A stretch of DNA of 64,000 nt from Laetmonice hystrix (Eukaryota): NCBI GenBank assembly GCA_965235115.1, contig OZ249452.1, positions 21,080,001 to 21,144,000 on the forward strand, in the 5' to 3' direction. How positions within the stretch are numbered: the first letter of the stretch is position 1; each line of letters begins with the position of its first letter. A program made the position numbers and the translations under genes. This document shows positions 54,701 through 63,399 of the stretch, piece by piece. The notes under the pieces are model-generated. The model did no database searches, had not been told where the DNA came from, and saw nothing but the letters and a program-made list of their open reading frames with translations.

Positions 54701-57700
54701 ATGCCTTATGTGCGTAAGTGGTGATAGGATTGTGCATGGATGGCGCCTTATGAAAAGACAGACTTCAAATTCTTGATGACCCCTTCTTTGAATAATTGCC
54801 CACCCTAAGGTCTTAGCACAGCATCAAAGAAGACGAATCCAATGGTGCATTCGGTAAAACAACTTCAAAAGCAGCCAAATACGTTGTGATTGGTCCTGAC
54901 CTGTGACTCTACAAGTCAGGGTTACTGTAGCTCCAACATCTACATTGGCCTCCTTGGTCGCCATTTCAACCTTGGGTGGACCTTGTTCTTCTTCACTAGA
55001 CGAGACCTCCTCTTTTACCTGTGATTTTGGTTCTTCCTGGACTAATGCAGGTTCAGTTTCTTCCTTCGCCTCTGGTGTTGGTTCTTCCTTGACTGCTTCA
55101 GATTTAAGCTCTCCCATCACCTCTGCTGTTGGTTCCTTGACTACTTCAGCTTTAGGTTCTTCCTTCGCCTCTGGTATTGGTTCTTCCTTGACTACTTCAG
55201 CTTTAGGTTCTTCCTTTGCCTCTGGTATTGGTTCTTCCTTGACTACTTCAGCTTTTGGTTCTTCCTTCGCCTCTGGTATTGGTTCTTCCTTGACTGCTTC
55301 AGATTTAAGCTCTTCCTTCGCCTCTGGTATTTGCTTTTTCTTGACTGGTTCAGGTTTCTGCTCTTCCTTGACCTCCGGCATTGGTTTTGGTTCTTCTTTG
55401 ACTGGTATAGGTTTCCCCCTAATTTCTGCCATTGGTTCTTCCTTGATTAGTACAGGTTTAGGCTCTTCTTTAGCCTCTGATTTTGGTTTTTCTTTGACTG
55501 TTTCAGGTTTCAGCTCTTCCTTCCCCTCTGGTATTGGGCTCGACTCCTCCTGGACTAGTTTGGGCTTAAGCTTCACCTCTGGCATTGGTTCTTCCTCTCT
55601 TCGTCCAGTTTCTGATTCTGATTCAGAACTCGATGACCTCAAAGGTGTGACAAAGGTTGGTGGGATATGTCTTTCAGACAATCGCAGGTCACCAACTTGG
55701 GCGGCTTCTTTAGCCTGAACACTAACCTGGTTTTTTCTCAATTTTCTGTCTTTCTTTGGCTTTGCGACTTCCTTGATATATTTTACTTGTGATTCCTCTT
55801 CACTTGAGAGGACTGTTATGTTACCAACCAAGACTTCAGCCCGCTTAAAGCAAGAACCCTTAGAGTTTTTAGCAACTACTTTATACATTGCAGCATCATC
55901 CACTGTGGCGTTGTGAATTTCCAAAATGTAATCATCTGTGTTCACATTCCAGTCAGTTTTAATACGAGGATTTCTTCTTGTTGCTCTGATCTCCTGGGTA
56001 CCTTTGAACCAGGTGACGTCAGGTTCTGGCTCACCTAACGAGTTAAATCACCAAGAAGACTGTTATCGTCAAACACCCTTATACCTTGGTAAATTAATTA
56101 TATTCACTTTCCCAATGTGGCAGTAATAAAATACACCAAAATGGAAAGAAACACATAGTCTCAAGCATAACCCATACCCATCAACGAGGTTAAAAAAGGA
56201 AAGATCGCTGCAAGATAAGAACACAGATATTGCTGTTGGTAAGTGTGTAGTAATTCAAAGTTATATACAGAGAATGCTGAAATAAATAGCGCCAGTGTAG
56301 CCATCTACATGTAAAAACTCTCTTGTGTCATGCAAACTCTAAGCAGAAAATTCCGCATAGCCTAATGACTACATATGTACCACCCGCTCAAATAATGATT
56401 CAACGTTCTACTTCACAACAAACAGTAAACAATAATAGACAACGAAAATGTTGGGGTTAGGCTATTCTGAAAAAAAAGTGAATAAAACTTTATTTGCAAC
56501 CCTGAAGAACAGAACTGAAATAAAAAAGAAACCATTATATATTCATAAGTTAGTTAACTGCAAATAAAAGTAATGGTGTCTTCATGGACATCCAGAAGCA
56601 AAAGTCATTTACTCCTTCATGCAGAAAGAGTTATACCCATCTTGCCTGATACACTGCAAGTCAGCCGAATTTCGTCTCCGACGTCTACAATAATTGCTTG
56701 TGGTTTCACTCTAAACTCTGGGGCACCCTTTTGAGCGGTAGTGTCATCAACTTGCTTGGAATAAGGCTCTGGTTTCCTTGCTGGCTCTTCATCGTCCTCA
56801 CTTGAGGAACTAAAACTGTCAAATGATACATCTATCCTTCCGTGAGGTTTCTGAGGGATTTCCTCTTTGGCAGCAGAGGGGATATCCTTCGGCTTTGGTT
56901 CGGTAGCGTCTGGTTGCAAGACTTGCTCCTTAGATTCCGTTTGCAAGTCTACCTTTATGGGCGCAACTTTTTCTTCGGGCTTTAGTTGTTTAATCACCTT
57001 TTCATCTGGCCGCGGTTCTGTGTCTGTTGGTCGGTGTTGTGCTGGTTCCTCCTCGCTTGAAGAGCTGAAGCTTTCAAACGAAATGCCTTTCTTTGTCCAA
57101 GGTTCAGGTTGCTCTTTCTCCTCTGCAGGAACAGACTCCCGCTCAGGGGCCTCCTCCGCTGAACTCTCCTCTGAGCTGTCAGTGTCCCATGGCTTCCGAG
57201 CCCTCTCCTTCAACTTCAAACTCTCCTTCATTGATTCGTGCTGTTTGCGTGTCCTTTTCAGCTTCTTGCTCCTTTTCACGCCTTCTTCCTCACCACTCTC
57301 TTCACTTGAACCTTCATCTCCACCTTCATACTTATCCGGTACTACATCTCTTGGTCTACCCTTGGCTTCATCAGTTGGTACGTCTGTCTCCTGAACAGAT
57401 TTGCTGGGAGCTTCTGAAATAGGTATTTTGCCTTCTTCAAAAGCTTCAGAGAACGGTACCTTGACATCTGCTGGAATTTCGTAACCTTTCTTTTCCTCTT
57501 CTGACTTTTCAGGCAATGGTTTTATTATAGCTGTAGCAGCTAGTAAATCAGGCTTCTCGATGACGTATGAAACTTCAGAGGGAGTTTTAATCTCAGATTC
57601 TTTTTCTTTCTCTATAATCATGATTTTCAGTTCATCAGACGCTTCTTCTTCTCTATACTGTCGTTTGATGACAGGGACTGGACTTGGCAAGGAGGCACCT

Positions 57701-60700
57701 TCACTGCTGACGCCCAACGCATTCTCAGCATAAATCATTATCAGATATTCATGGTCTTCCTTAATCTTCTCAGTAATCTTGAAGGAGAGAGTTTTGGCGT
57801 CGACCCGTCCAGCTTTGTGGAACTTTTTGGTCGAGGCGGCGTCCTTTATGACAATCACGTAGTTTGTGACTGGCGATCCTCCGTCACTCTGTGGAGCTTC
57901 CCAGTTGACGAGGATACCGTCTGGATGGGCTTCAATTACAGTGAGGTTCTGTGGAGCTAACGGCTGTTTGGCTTCAGCAGGTTCTGCTGGTTTCATCTCA
58001 TCTTGGGGTTTGTAGACTTCGGTGTCACTCAACGGTTCCTCCTTCGGGGACTGAGTTTCATCTTCCGGCTTGGATTCTTTTTCAGGTGATCTGGGATACT
58101 CCCTTTCCTCTAATGTTGGTGAGGGAAGCTCTGTAGGTTTGGTTACTGCTACTGGACCTTTCTTGGGCTCTTCCCCAGCAGCGAATTTTGGTACACGTTC
58201 CACAGGGCTCTCTTCCCTATGCGTAAGTTTACCTGCGTCATCCAACACATCTGTATAAACCAATTCATGTGGTCTCTCTACATCAGACAAGATTGCTGCT
58301 TCTGGTTCCTTAGCTTTCCCCAGAGCTTCTGAGACAAGTTCGTTGGGTTTTGTCTGAGGTTCTACCTCCTTAATGATCTCTCGAACCTCTGGTGCCACTT
58401 CTAAGGGTTTCTTAATCTCAGGTTCTTTGTCTATAACTGTGACTTTCAGTTCATCGGATGCCTCTTCAAGTCTAAACTGTCGTTTGATGACAGGGACTGG
58501 ACTTGGCAAGGAGGCACCTTCACTGCTGACGCCCAACGCATTCTCAGCATAAATCATTATCAGATATTCATGGTCTTCCTTAATCTTCTCAGTAATCTTG
58601 AAGGACAGAGTTTTGGCGTCGACCCGACCAGCTTTGTGGAACTTCTTGGTCGAGGCGGCGTCCTTTATGACAATCACGTAGTTTGTGACTGGCGATCCTC
58701 CGTCACTCTGTGGAGCTTCCCAGTTGACGAGGATACCGTCTGGATGGGCTTCAATTACAGTGAGGTTCTGTGGAGCTAACGGCTGTTTGGCTTCAGCAGG
58801 TTCTGCTGGTTTCATCTCATCTACCTCCTCTGTGGGTCCCACTTGGGTTTTTTTGTCAGCTTTAGTGTCTCTCACTGGTTCTTTCTGTGGGAGCTGAATT
58901 TCATCTTCTGGCTTTGATTCTGTTTCAGTTGATTTGGAAGATTTTTTTCCCTCTTCAGTTGCTGGTTCTGGTTCTTTAGCTTTCCTCAGAGCTTCTGGAA
59001 CTAGTTCCTCGGGTTTAGTCTGGGGTTCTACCTCCGGAGGGATCTCTCCAACCTCTGGTGCTGCTCCCAAACGTTTCTTGACATCACGTTCTGAGTCTTT
59101 GTCTATAACTGTGACTTTCAGTTCATCGGATGCCTCTTCAAGTCTGAACTGTCGTTTGATGACGGGGACTGGACTTGGCAAGGAGGCACCTTCACTGCTG
59201 ACGCCCAACGCATTCTCAGCATAAATCATTATCAGATATTCATGGTCTTCCTTAATCTTCTCAGTAATCTTGAAGGAGAGAGTTTTGGCGTCGACCCGAC
59301 CAGCTTTGTGGAACTTCTTGGTCGAGGCGGCGTCCTTTATGACAATCACGTAGTTTGTGACTGGCGATCCTCCGTCACTCTGTGGAGCTTCCCAGTTGAC
59401 GAGGATACCGTCTGGATGGGCTTCAATCACAGTGAGGTTCTGTGGAGCTAAAGGTTCCCTGGCTTGATCTACGTCATCTTCTTCAAGTGACTCAGGAGAA
59501 GCTAGTTTTTCGATAGTTTGTGTTAGAAGCTCTGAAGGCTTGGTAGCTGCATCTGGGCCTGTTGTAACTTCTTCCCATGTAGGGAGTTTTGGTACATCTT
59601 CCATGGTAAACTTTTGCTTGGCCTCTGGTTTGTCTTTGTCGTACACTTCCACAACAGAAGTCAATTCCCCGGGTGTCTCTGAATCAGGTAAAACTGCTTG
59701 TTCATGGCAAACGGGACGTTCGACCTCTTTGGGTTTGGTTCTTAAACCCGAAGGTCGTTCAACTTCTTCAACGAGCTGGATTTCATGTGGGGCGACGCCT
59801 ACAGGAGCTTTGGGTTTTTCTTCATCTTTTGGTACTTCTTGTGTAACGGGCTGTATTCTCTGTGGTTCCTCTCTCGCCAAGTACTCCTTTTTACATACCT
59901 TGACAAGGATCGTGTATGAAGTTTGGCCATTCATATTAGACACTACCAGGGTATAGCTACCAGAATCATCAGGTCTTGCGTCAGTTATGACCAGGACAAA
60001 CAGATCCTGCATGACATCATAATGTATCTTGATCCTTGGTTCATGACCTGAAGGTCTGAGCTGAACTCCGTCCCTAAACCATGCGACGTCTGGTGTGGGT
60101 TCGCCTGGAATTTCAATTAAACCATTGGAACTTACCTGCCGTTAATAACACCTGCTTAAAGCATTAATCAATGGGCTATAACATTCAGGGATTGACTCTA
60201 TNNNNNNNNNNNNNNNNNNNNNNNNNNNNNNNNNNNNNNNNNNNNNNNNNNNNNNNNNNNNNNNNNNNNNNNNNNNNNNNNNNNNNNNNNNNNNNNNNNN
60301 NNNNNNNNNNNNNNNNNNNNNNNNNNNNNNNNNNNNNNNNNNNAAATATTTACAATTTCTTTCCTGTATTAGAGTTGCGACATGCAGGTTTACAGTGGGA
60401 TATTGCAATCTTTCCTACACCAATATAAAAGTCTCAGAGCACTTCCATAGCGAGAGGATAAAATGGTAGATGATTCTTTACACGTGTAGGACTGTTAATA
60501 TATTATTATCCGAGAAACAAAGAGTATCAAGATGTTATTTCAAATTTACTTGGAGAATTGGGATTGTGTGTGACACAACAAACAGTAAAAGCATACCACC
60601 ACATCAAAACGTATACCTGTAATGAAGAATCACGGGAAAAAAACACACAGGTTTCAAAGCATAAAATGAAAGCATATTTTCTTACTCTGATGAGGAAAAG

Positions 60701-63399
60701 ATACATTTCTGAAAGAGCTGCCTGGAATAGGAACAGTAAAACACAACACAACACAGCACAAGACAGCATAGTTATCTATTTACAGCAAAAATATGAATCA
60801 TTTCATCTCAGCACTGACCTTGGACCTTTGTTGTTAGTCGAATGGTTTCACCTTCCTTAACGCTCACTGGTTCGGGTGCAATTATGATTTCTGGTCCAGG
60901 AGCCTTTCCTGCGTCAGGCTCATCCTGTATAGATATTTGGACTTCAGTTGAGAATACAAATCATTTCTCAACTTTAACACTTTCATATTTTCCTTTGACA
61001 GGATATCATATGGTAGATATTATTATTTTCTGGATGATTTTACTTATTGTATATCCCACCCCCGGATACAAATTAAACATCTTGGTGAAGCTTGCACTTC
61101 TTTTCTGAAGGTAAAAACTTTTAAACTTTGAGAATTTATTATTTCTCTCATGAACCAATTGATAACATCTTTCCCGACAGAAGGATTTCTCACTTGTAAT
61201 AATTGCCACTACTGACGTACCTTTTTGCTGGCAGTTTTCACTGGAGAAGGAGTCTCTCCTCCCTCAGGACCCAGGCCAACCTCGTTCTCAGCATACACCC
61301 GGAAGATGTACTCATGGTCCTCTTTAAGGTTGTCCACCTTGTAAGTCAATGTCTGCCCATCAACGGTACCGACCTCCTTGAACTTCTTCTTCTCTACATC
61401 ACGCATGACGATGGTGTAGGACTTGATGTCTGAGCCTCCGAGGTCAGCTGGAACCTCCCAGGTCAAGGTGACACTGGTCGTAGTGAATTCCTTACATCTG
61501 ACCTTTTGTGGAGACGAAGGTTCGGTTTTGGGCTTATCTTTCACTTCAGGAGTTGGTTCTGGCTTGACCTCCTCAACTGGTTTTGGAGCTTCCTCAGGCT
61601 TTGTATCTTCAGGCTTGGGTTTGTCTTTGACATCAGGGGCTTCTTCGGGCTTGACTTTTTCCTCAACTGGTTTGGGGGCTTCTGCAGGTTTGGGAGCCTC
61701 TGCGGGTTTCTGCTCAGCTTCTACAACTACTTGCTCAGCGACGGGTTTCTCCTTGGGTGCAGGAGCTGCTGCAGGAGCTGCTGCAGGAGCAGTAGCTTCT
61801 ATTGTGAGCTTCTCCTCCTGTTCATAAACCACACGCTTATCAGGAATCCGAATCGCCGTCGCCAACTCGGCGCCGTCATTACTGACACCAACAGTATTCT
61901 CAGCGTAGCACATGATCATGTATTCGTGTCCTTTCTTGATCTTCTCGGTGATCCTCAAGGTAAACATGTTGGAGTTGACTCGGCCGGCCTTGCGGAACTT
62001 CTTGCTGGTGGCCAAATCTTTCATGACGACGACATAGTTGGTGATCGGTGACCCGCCATCGCTCTCAGGAGCCTCCCACGTGATAGTAACGGCATCGGGC
62101 TGTGCCTCTGTCACGCGAAGACTCTTGGGTGCCAATGGTACTGATGGTTTAGCTGAAAAATATACGGATTCTACTCAGTCCGGTGGTAATCACTTCTATA
62201 ATATATTCATTAGCCTTATTCTCGATATCCGAGTTGTTAGGTTAACTTAATCCAATCATACATTAAGATAATCGTCTGTTAACTCGCTGGATAGTGAATT
62301 GAAAACTAAAAGTATTGATATCTGGGTCGTGACCTATGAAAGACCAAGAACAAACATTAGGACAGAATTTTACAGACGAGTTCCAGGACTTTACAGACGA
62401 GTTCCAGGACTTTACAGACGAGTTCCAGGACTTTACAGATGAGTTCCAGGACTTTACAGACGCGTTCCAGGACTTTACAGATGAGTTCCAGGACTTTACA
62501 GACGAGTTCCAGGACTTTACAGACGAGTTCCACTAATGTGCCAAACGATTAGTTTGATTTCTATTTACCCAGTTTCCTCTACACTATAGCTGATAAAAAG
62601 GTTTGAATTATTATGAGAGCCCTTGAATTGCATGTAGACGTGAATTTTGTCAGTGTTTACCTGGTGCAGCCTTGGGCTCCTCTGTCGGTTTTGCCTCAAC
62701 TGGCTTCTCTTCTATAGGTTTCTCAGCTGGCTTCTCAGCTGGCTTCTCAGCTGGCTTCTCTGCTGGTTTCTCAGTAACTGTTTCATCAACAGGTTTCTCT
62801 GCTGGCTTCTCCTCTGGTTTCTTAGCTGGTCTCTTGGTCCTGACGGGTTCTGTTTTCTGAGGCATACTCTTTCCTTGAGAGTTTTCGGCAGACACCTAGA
62901 GCAAGTATTTCCCTTCACAGTTACAATCACAACAAGTGTTAAAATCTGAAGATTGACTCAGTAAATCAAAAACTTTGATAATTATGCCTATAAATATATC
63001 ATACTTTCCGGAATCAATGTTTTGTGAGATACCTGGTAGCTTTCTGCTTTTATGAGCCTTATAACATATACATTAATCAAGAGAAACAGATGGCGAAGAA
63101 TCAATCAGAACCCCATATCATACATTATACTTCAATAATAACCTGCCAGTAATGTATGAAAGAAGTGCTCACCTGAATGCGGTAAACCATGTCCTGTTTC
63201 AGGTTTTTGATAGTGATCGTCAAGGTCAGAGCGTCCACCTTCTCCACAGGTTCAAACGTACCATCGTCGCCCTCCTGGATTTCAATGATGTACCCAATGA
63301 CCCTGGATCCACCATCACTGTCCGGGCCCTCCCATGTGATACTGATGGAATCAACCGTTACGTCTGTCACCTCAACACTCTTGGGTCTAGTGGGAGTGG
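1..63399 (-). CDS. Giant titin/connectin-like muscle protein gene (Ig I-set + Fn3 + PEVK), multi-exon, partial at both ends
   Basis: 33 exons with GT(GC)-AG boundaries and compatible phases. They encode repeated I-set Ig motifs (P-x-F...C-x-V-x-G-x-P-x-P-x-V-x-W...D-x-G-x-Y-x-x-x-A-x-N-x-x-G), Fn3 motifs (W-x-x-P-x-x-DGGS-x-I/V-x-x-Y) and literal PEVK repeats. Orthology to a named gene cannot be fixed from sequence alone. Confidence 0.93.
10988..12220 (-). CDS. Exon W32: split-Ig cassette with 22-aa ADVS acidic repeats
   Basis: Acceptor ATAAAG (atypical), donor GTTAGA; 1233 nt. Confidence 0.85.
11205..11810. repeat. Coding 66-bp (22-aa) repeat built on the 12-bp palindrome GCTGACGTCAGC
   Basis: Palindrome at 11205, 11271, 11337, 11403, 11469, 11601, 11766, 11799. 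Confidence 0.92.
12943..13518 (-). CDS. Exon W31: split-Ig cassette
   Basis: Acceptor CAATAG, donor GTTAGC; 576 nt. Confidence 0.9.
14646..15461 (-). CDS. Exon W30: split-Ig cassette
   Basis: Acceptor CTTCAG, donor GTTAGG; 816 nt. Confidence 0.9.
16186..16746 (-). CDS. Exon W29: split-Ig cassette
   Basis: Acceptor AAACAG, donor GTCAGG; 561 nt. Confidence 0.9.
17609..18211 (-). CDS. Exon W28: split-Ig cassette
   Basis: Acceptor TCATAG, donor GTTAGA; 603 nt. Confidence 0.9.
18485..19819 (-). CDS. Exon W27: split-Ig cassette with E/V/S/T-rich 13-aa repeats
   Basis: Acceptor CATTAG, donor GTAAGG; 1335 nt. Confidence 0.92.
21104..21682 (-). CDS. Exon W26: split-Ig cassette
   Basis: Acceptor CTGTAG, donor GTTAGA; 579 nt. 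Confidence 0.9.
22455..23120 (-). CDS. Exon W25: split-Ig cassette
   Basis: Acceptor ATTTAG, donor GTTAAA; 666 nt. Confidence 0.88.
23360..23470. repeat. Intronic 55-bp direct repeat x2
   Basis: accaaacagagcaacactaacattgttg...ggttgctagaca at 23360 and 23415. Confidence 0.9.
23908..24660 (-). CDS. Exon W24: split-Ig cassette
   Basis: Acceptor TCTTAG, donor GTTGGA; 753 nt. Confidence 0.9.
24861..24924. repeat. Intronic 21-bp unit x3
   Basis: gtaactttacaatgtaccatt x3. Confidence 0.95.
24961..25587 (-). CDS. Exon W23: split-Ig cassette
   Basis: Acceptor ATGTAG, donor GTTCGC; 627 nt. Confidence 0.88.
26114..26722 (-). CDS. Exon W22: split-Ig cassette
   Basis: Acceptor TACCAG, donor GTTGGA; 609 nt. 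Confidence 0.9.
26854..27248. repeat. Intronic minisatellite, 39-bp unit x10, perfect
   Basis: cattactcgccctgttaaaagttcctatgatttgtacac repeated without spacers. Confidence 0.97.
27881..28821 (-). CDS. Exon W21: split-Ig cassette with a -1 frameshift (stop at 28055-28057); pseudo-exon, truncating exon or assembly error
   Basis: Acceptor CTTTAG, donor GTTGGC; 941 nt (3n+2). The rear-Ig frame ends GAG AAA TAA, while the front-Ig half (APKFIQPPEPVFVDIGKTFTLSCSISG) is in another frame. Confidence 0.7.
29594..30406 (-). CDS. Exon W20: 813-bp cassette, copy 6 of 6
   Basis: Acceptor CTCCAG, donor GTTGGG. Confidence 0.88.
31318..32130 (-). CDS. Exon W19: 813-bp cassette, copy 5 of 6
   Basis: Acceptor CTTTAG, donor GTTGGG; begins GEPLLRVTW rather than GEPVPEVTW. 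Confidence 0.88.
32903..33715 (-). CDS. Exon W18: 813-bp cassette, copy 4 of 6
   Basis: Acceptor CTCCAG, donor GTTGGG. Confidence 0.88.
34627..35439 (-). CDS. Exon W17: 813-bp cassette, copy 3 of 6
   Basis: Acceptor CTCCAG, donor GTTGGG. Confidence 0.88.
36349..37161 (-). CDS. Exon W16: 813-bp cassette, copy 2 of 6
   Basis: Acceptor CTCCAG, donor GTTGGG; near-identical to W15. Confidence 0.88.
38071..38883 (-). CDS. Exon W15: 813-bp split-Ig cassette, copy 1 of 6
   Basis: Acceptor CTTTAG, donor GTTGGG; 813 nt. Confidence 0.88.
39113..39474. mobile_element. Putative MITE / non-autonomous DNA transposon (hAT-like TAGGGCTGG termini), ~360 bp
   Basis: ~36-bp terminal inverted repeats with 3 mismatches and 1 indel; no ORF; no intact target-site duplication found. 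Confidence 0.7.
39980..40699 (-). CDS. Exon W14: split-Ig cassette
   Basis: Acceptor ATACAG, donor GTTGGA; 720 nt. Confidence 0.9.
41494..42087 (-). CDS. Exon W13: split-Ig cassette
   Basis: Acceptor CTTTAG, donor GTTGGA; 594 nt. Confidence 0.9.
42471..42968 (-). CDS. Exon W12: split-Ig cassette, short linker
   Basis: Acceptor GAACAG, donor GTAAGA; 498 nt. Confidence 0.92.
43995..45422 (-). CDS. Exon W11: split-Ig PEVK cassette
   Basis: Acceptor CAACAG, donor GTCAGC; 1428 nt. Confidence 0.92.
46249..47448 (-). CDS. Exon W10: split-Ig PEVK (PEAK-type) cassette
   Basis: Acceptor CAACAG, donor GTCAGA; 1200 nt. Confidence 0.92.
47100..50950. repeat. Recent ~2.3-kb duplication of PEVK exon ends plus intron (47449-48434 vs 49734-50694)
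   Basis: Introns near-identical over long stretches; intron 51967-52832 is a more diverged third copy. Confidence 0.9.
48435..49733 (-). CDS. Exon W9: split-Ig PEVK cassette
   Basis: Acceptor CAACAG, donor GTTAGG; 1299 nt; 17/18-aa PEVK repeats. Confidence 0.92.
50695..51966 (-). CDS. Exon W8: split-Ig PEVK cassette
   Basis: Acceptor TCACAG, donor GTTAGG; 1272 nt; 17-aa PEVKPEEKAPVEEAPKQ repeats. Confidence 0.92.
52833..54014 (-). CDS. Exon W7: split-Ig PEVK cassette (paralog group W7-W11)
   Basis: Acceptor TGACAG, donor GTTAGA; 1182 nt; contains PQEPEMK 7-aa repeats. Confidence 0.9.
54343..54402. repeat. Intronic 30-bp direct repeat x2
   Basis: taaaggtcggtacattaacgtccttaaaca x2. Confidence 0.9.
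54901..56034 (-). CDS. Exon W6: split-Ig cassette with 17-aa EEPKAEVVKEEPIPEAK repeats
   Basis: Acceptor TTAG, donor GTCAGG; 1134 nt, phase 1-1. Confidence 0.9.
56646..60104 (-). CDS. Exon W5: rear Ig + three near-identical Fn3 + acidic linker + front Ig (phase 1-1)
   Basis: Acceptor TTCCAG; 3459 nt open; matches ORF 56617..60012; donor at the conserved Gly is CAG|GCAAG (alternative GT donor would end the exon at 56637). Confidence 0.88.
57660..59455. repeat. Three near-identical ~300-350-bp Fn3-coding modules
   Basis: Copies offset by 819 and 672 bp; near-identical antisense ORFs at 57751, 58570 and 59242. Confidence 0.95.
60202..60343. other. Assembly gap (142 N) in the intron between W4 and W5
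   Basis: Run of n bases. Confidence 0.99.
60819..60924 (-). CDS. Exon W4: front third of the first split Ig domain (phase 0-1)
   Basis: Acceptor ATACAG, donor GTCAGT; 106 nt; DEPDAGKAPGPEIIIAPEPVSVKEGETIRLTTKVQG; too short for the ORF track. Confidence 0.8.
61221..62152 (-). CDS. Exon W3: two Fn3 domains separated by a PEVK-like linker (phase 1-0)
   Basis: Acceptor TTTTTCAG, donor GTACGT; 932 nt; two W-x-x-P-x-x-x-GG-S Fn3 motifs. Confidence 0.9.
62369..62533. repeat. Intronic minisatellite, 21-bp unit x~8
   Basis: tttacagacgagttccaggac repeated with few substitutions. Confidence 0.95.
62661..62895 (-). CDS. Exon W2: end of Fn3 domain 1 plus EKPA-repeat linker (phase 0-1)
   Basis: Acceptor CTAG, donor GTAAAC; 235 nt; VSAENSQGKSMP completes the Fn3 begun in W1, followed by EKPA repeats. 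Confidence 0.85.
63173..63399 (-). CDS. Exon W1: N-terminal part of Fn3 domain 1 (phase 1-0)
   Basis: Acceptor TTGCAG, donor GTGAGC; 227 nt; encodes TPTRPKSVEVTDVTVDSISITWEGPDSDGGSRVIGY...VYRIQ. Confidence 0.85.

Noticed and set aside
60105-60155. Possible 16-nt micro-exon with a strong CAG|GTAAG donor at 60135
   Set aside because: The resulting intron to the W5 acceptor would be only 31 nt, too short for normal splicing, and 16 nt would break the frame.
62336-62536. 66-aa ORF of FTDEFQD repeats
   Set aside because: Translation of a 21-bp intronic minisatellite on the strand opposite the gene; no splice or expression support.
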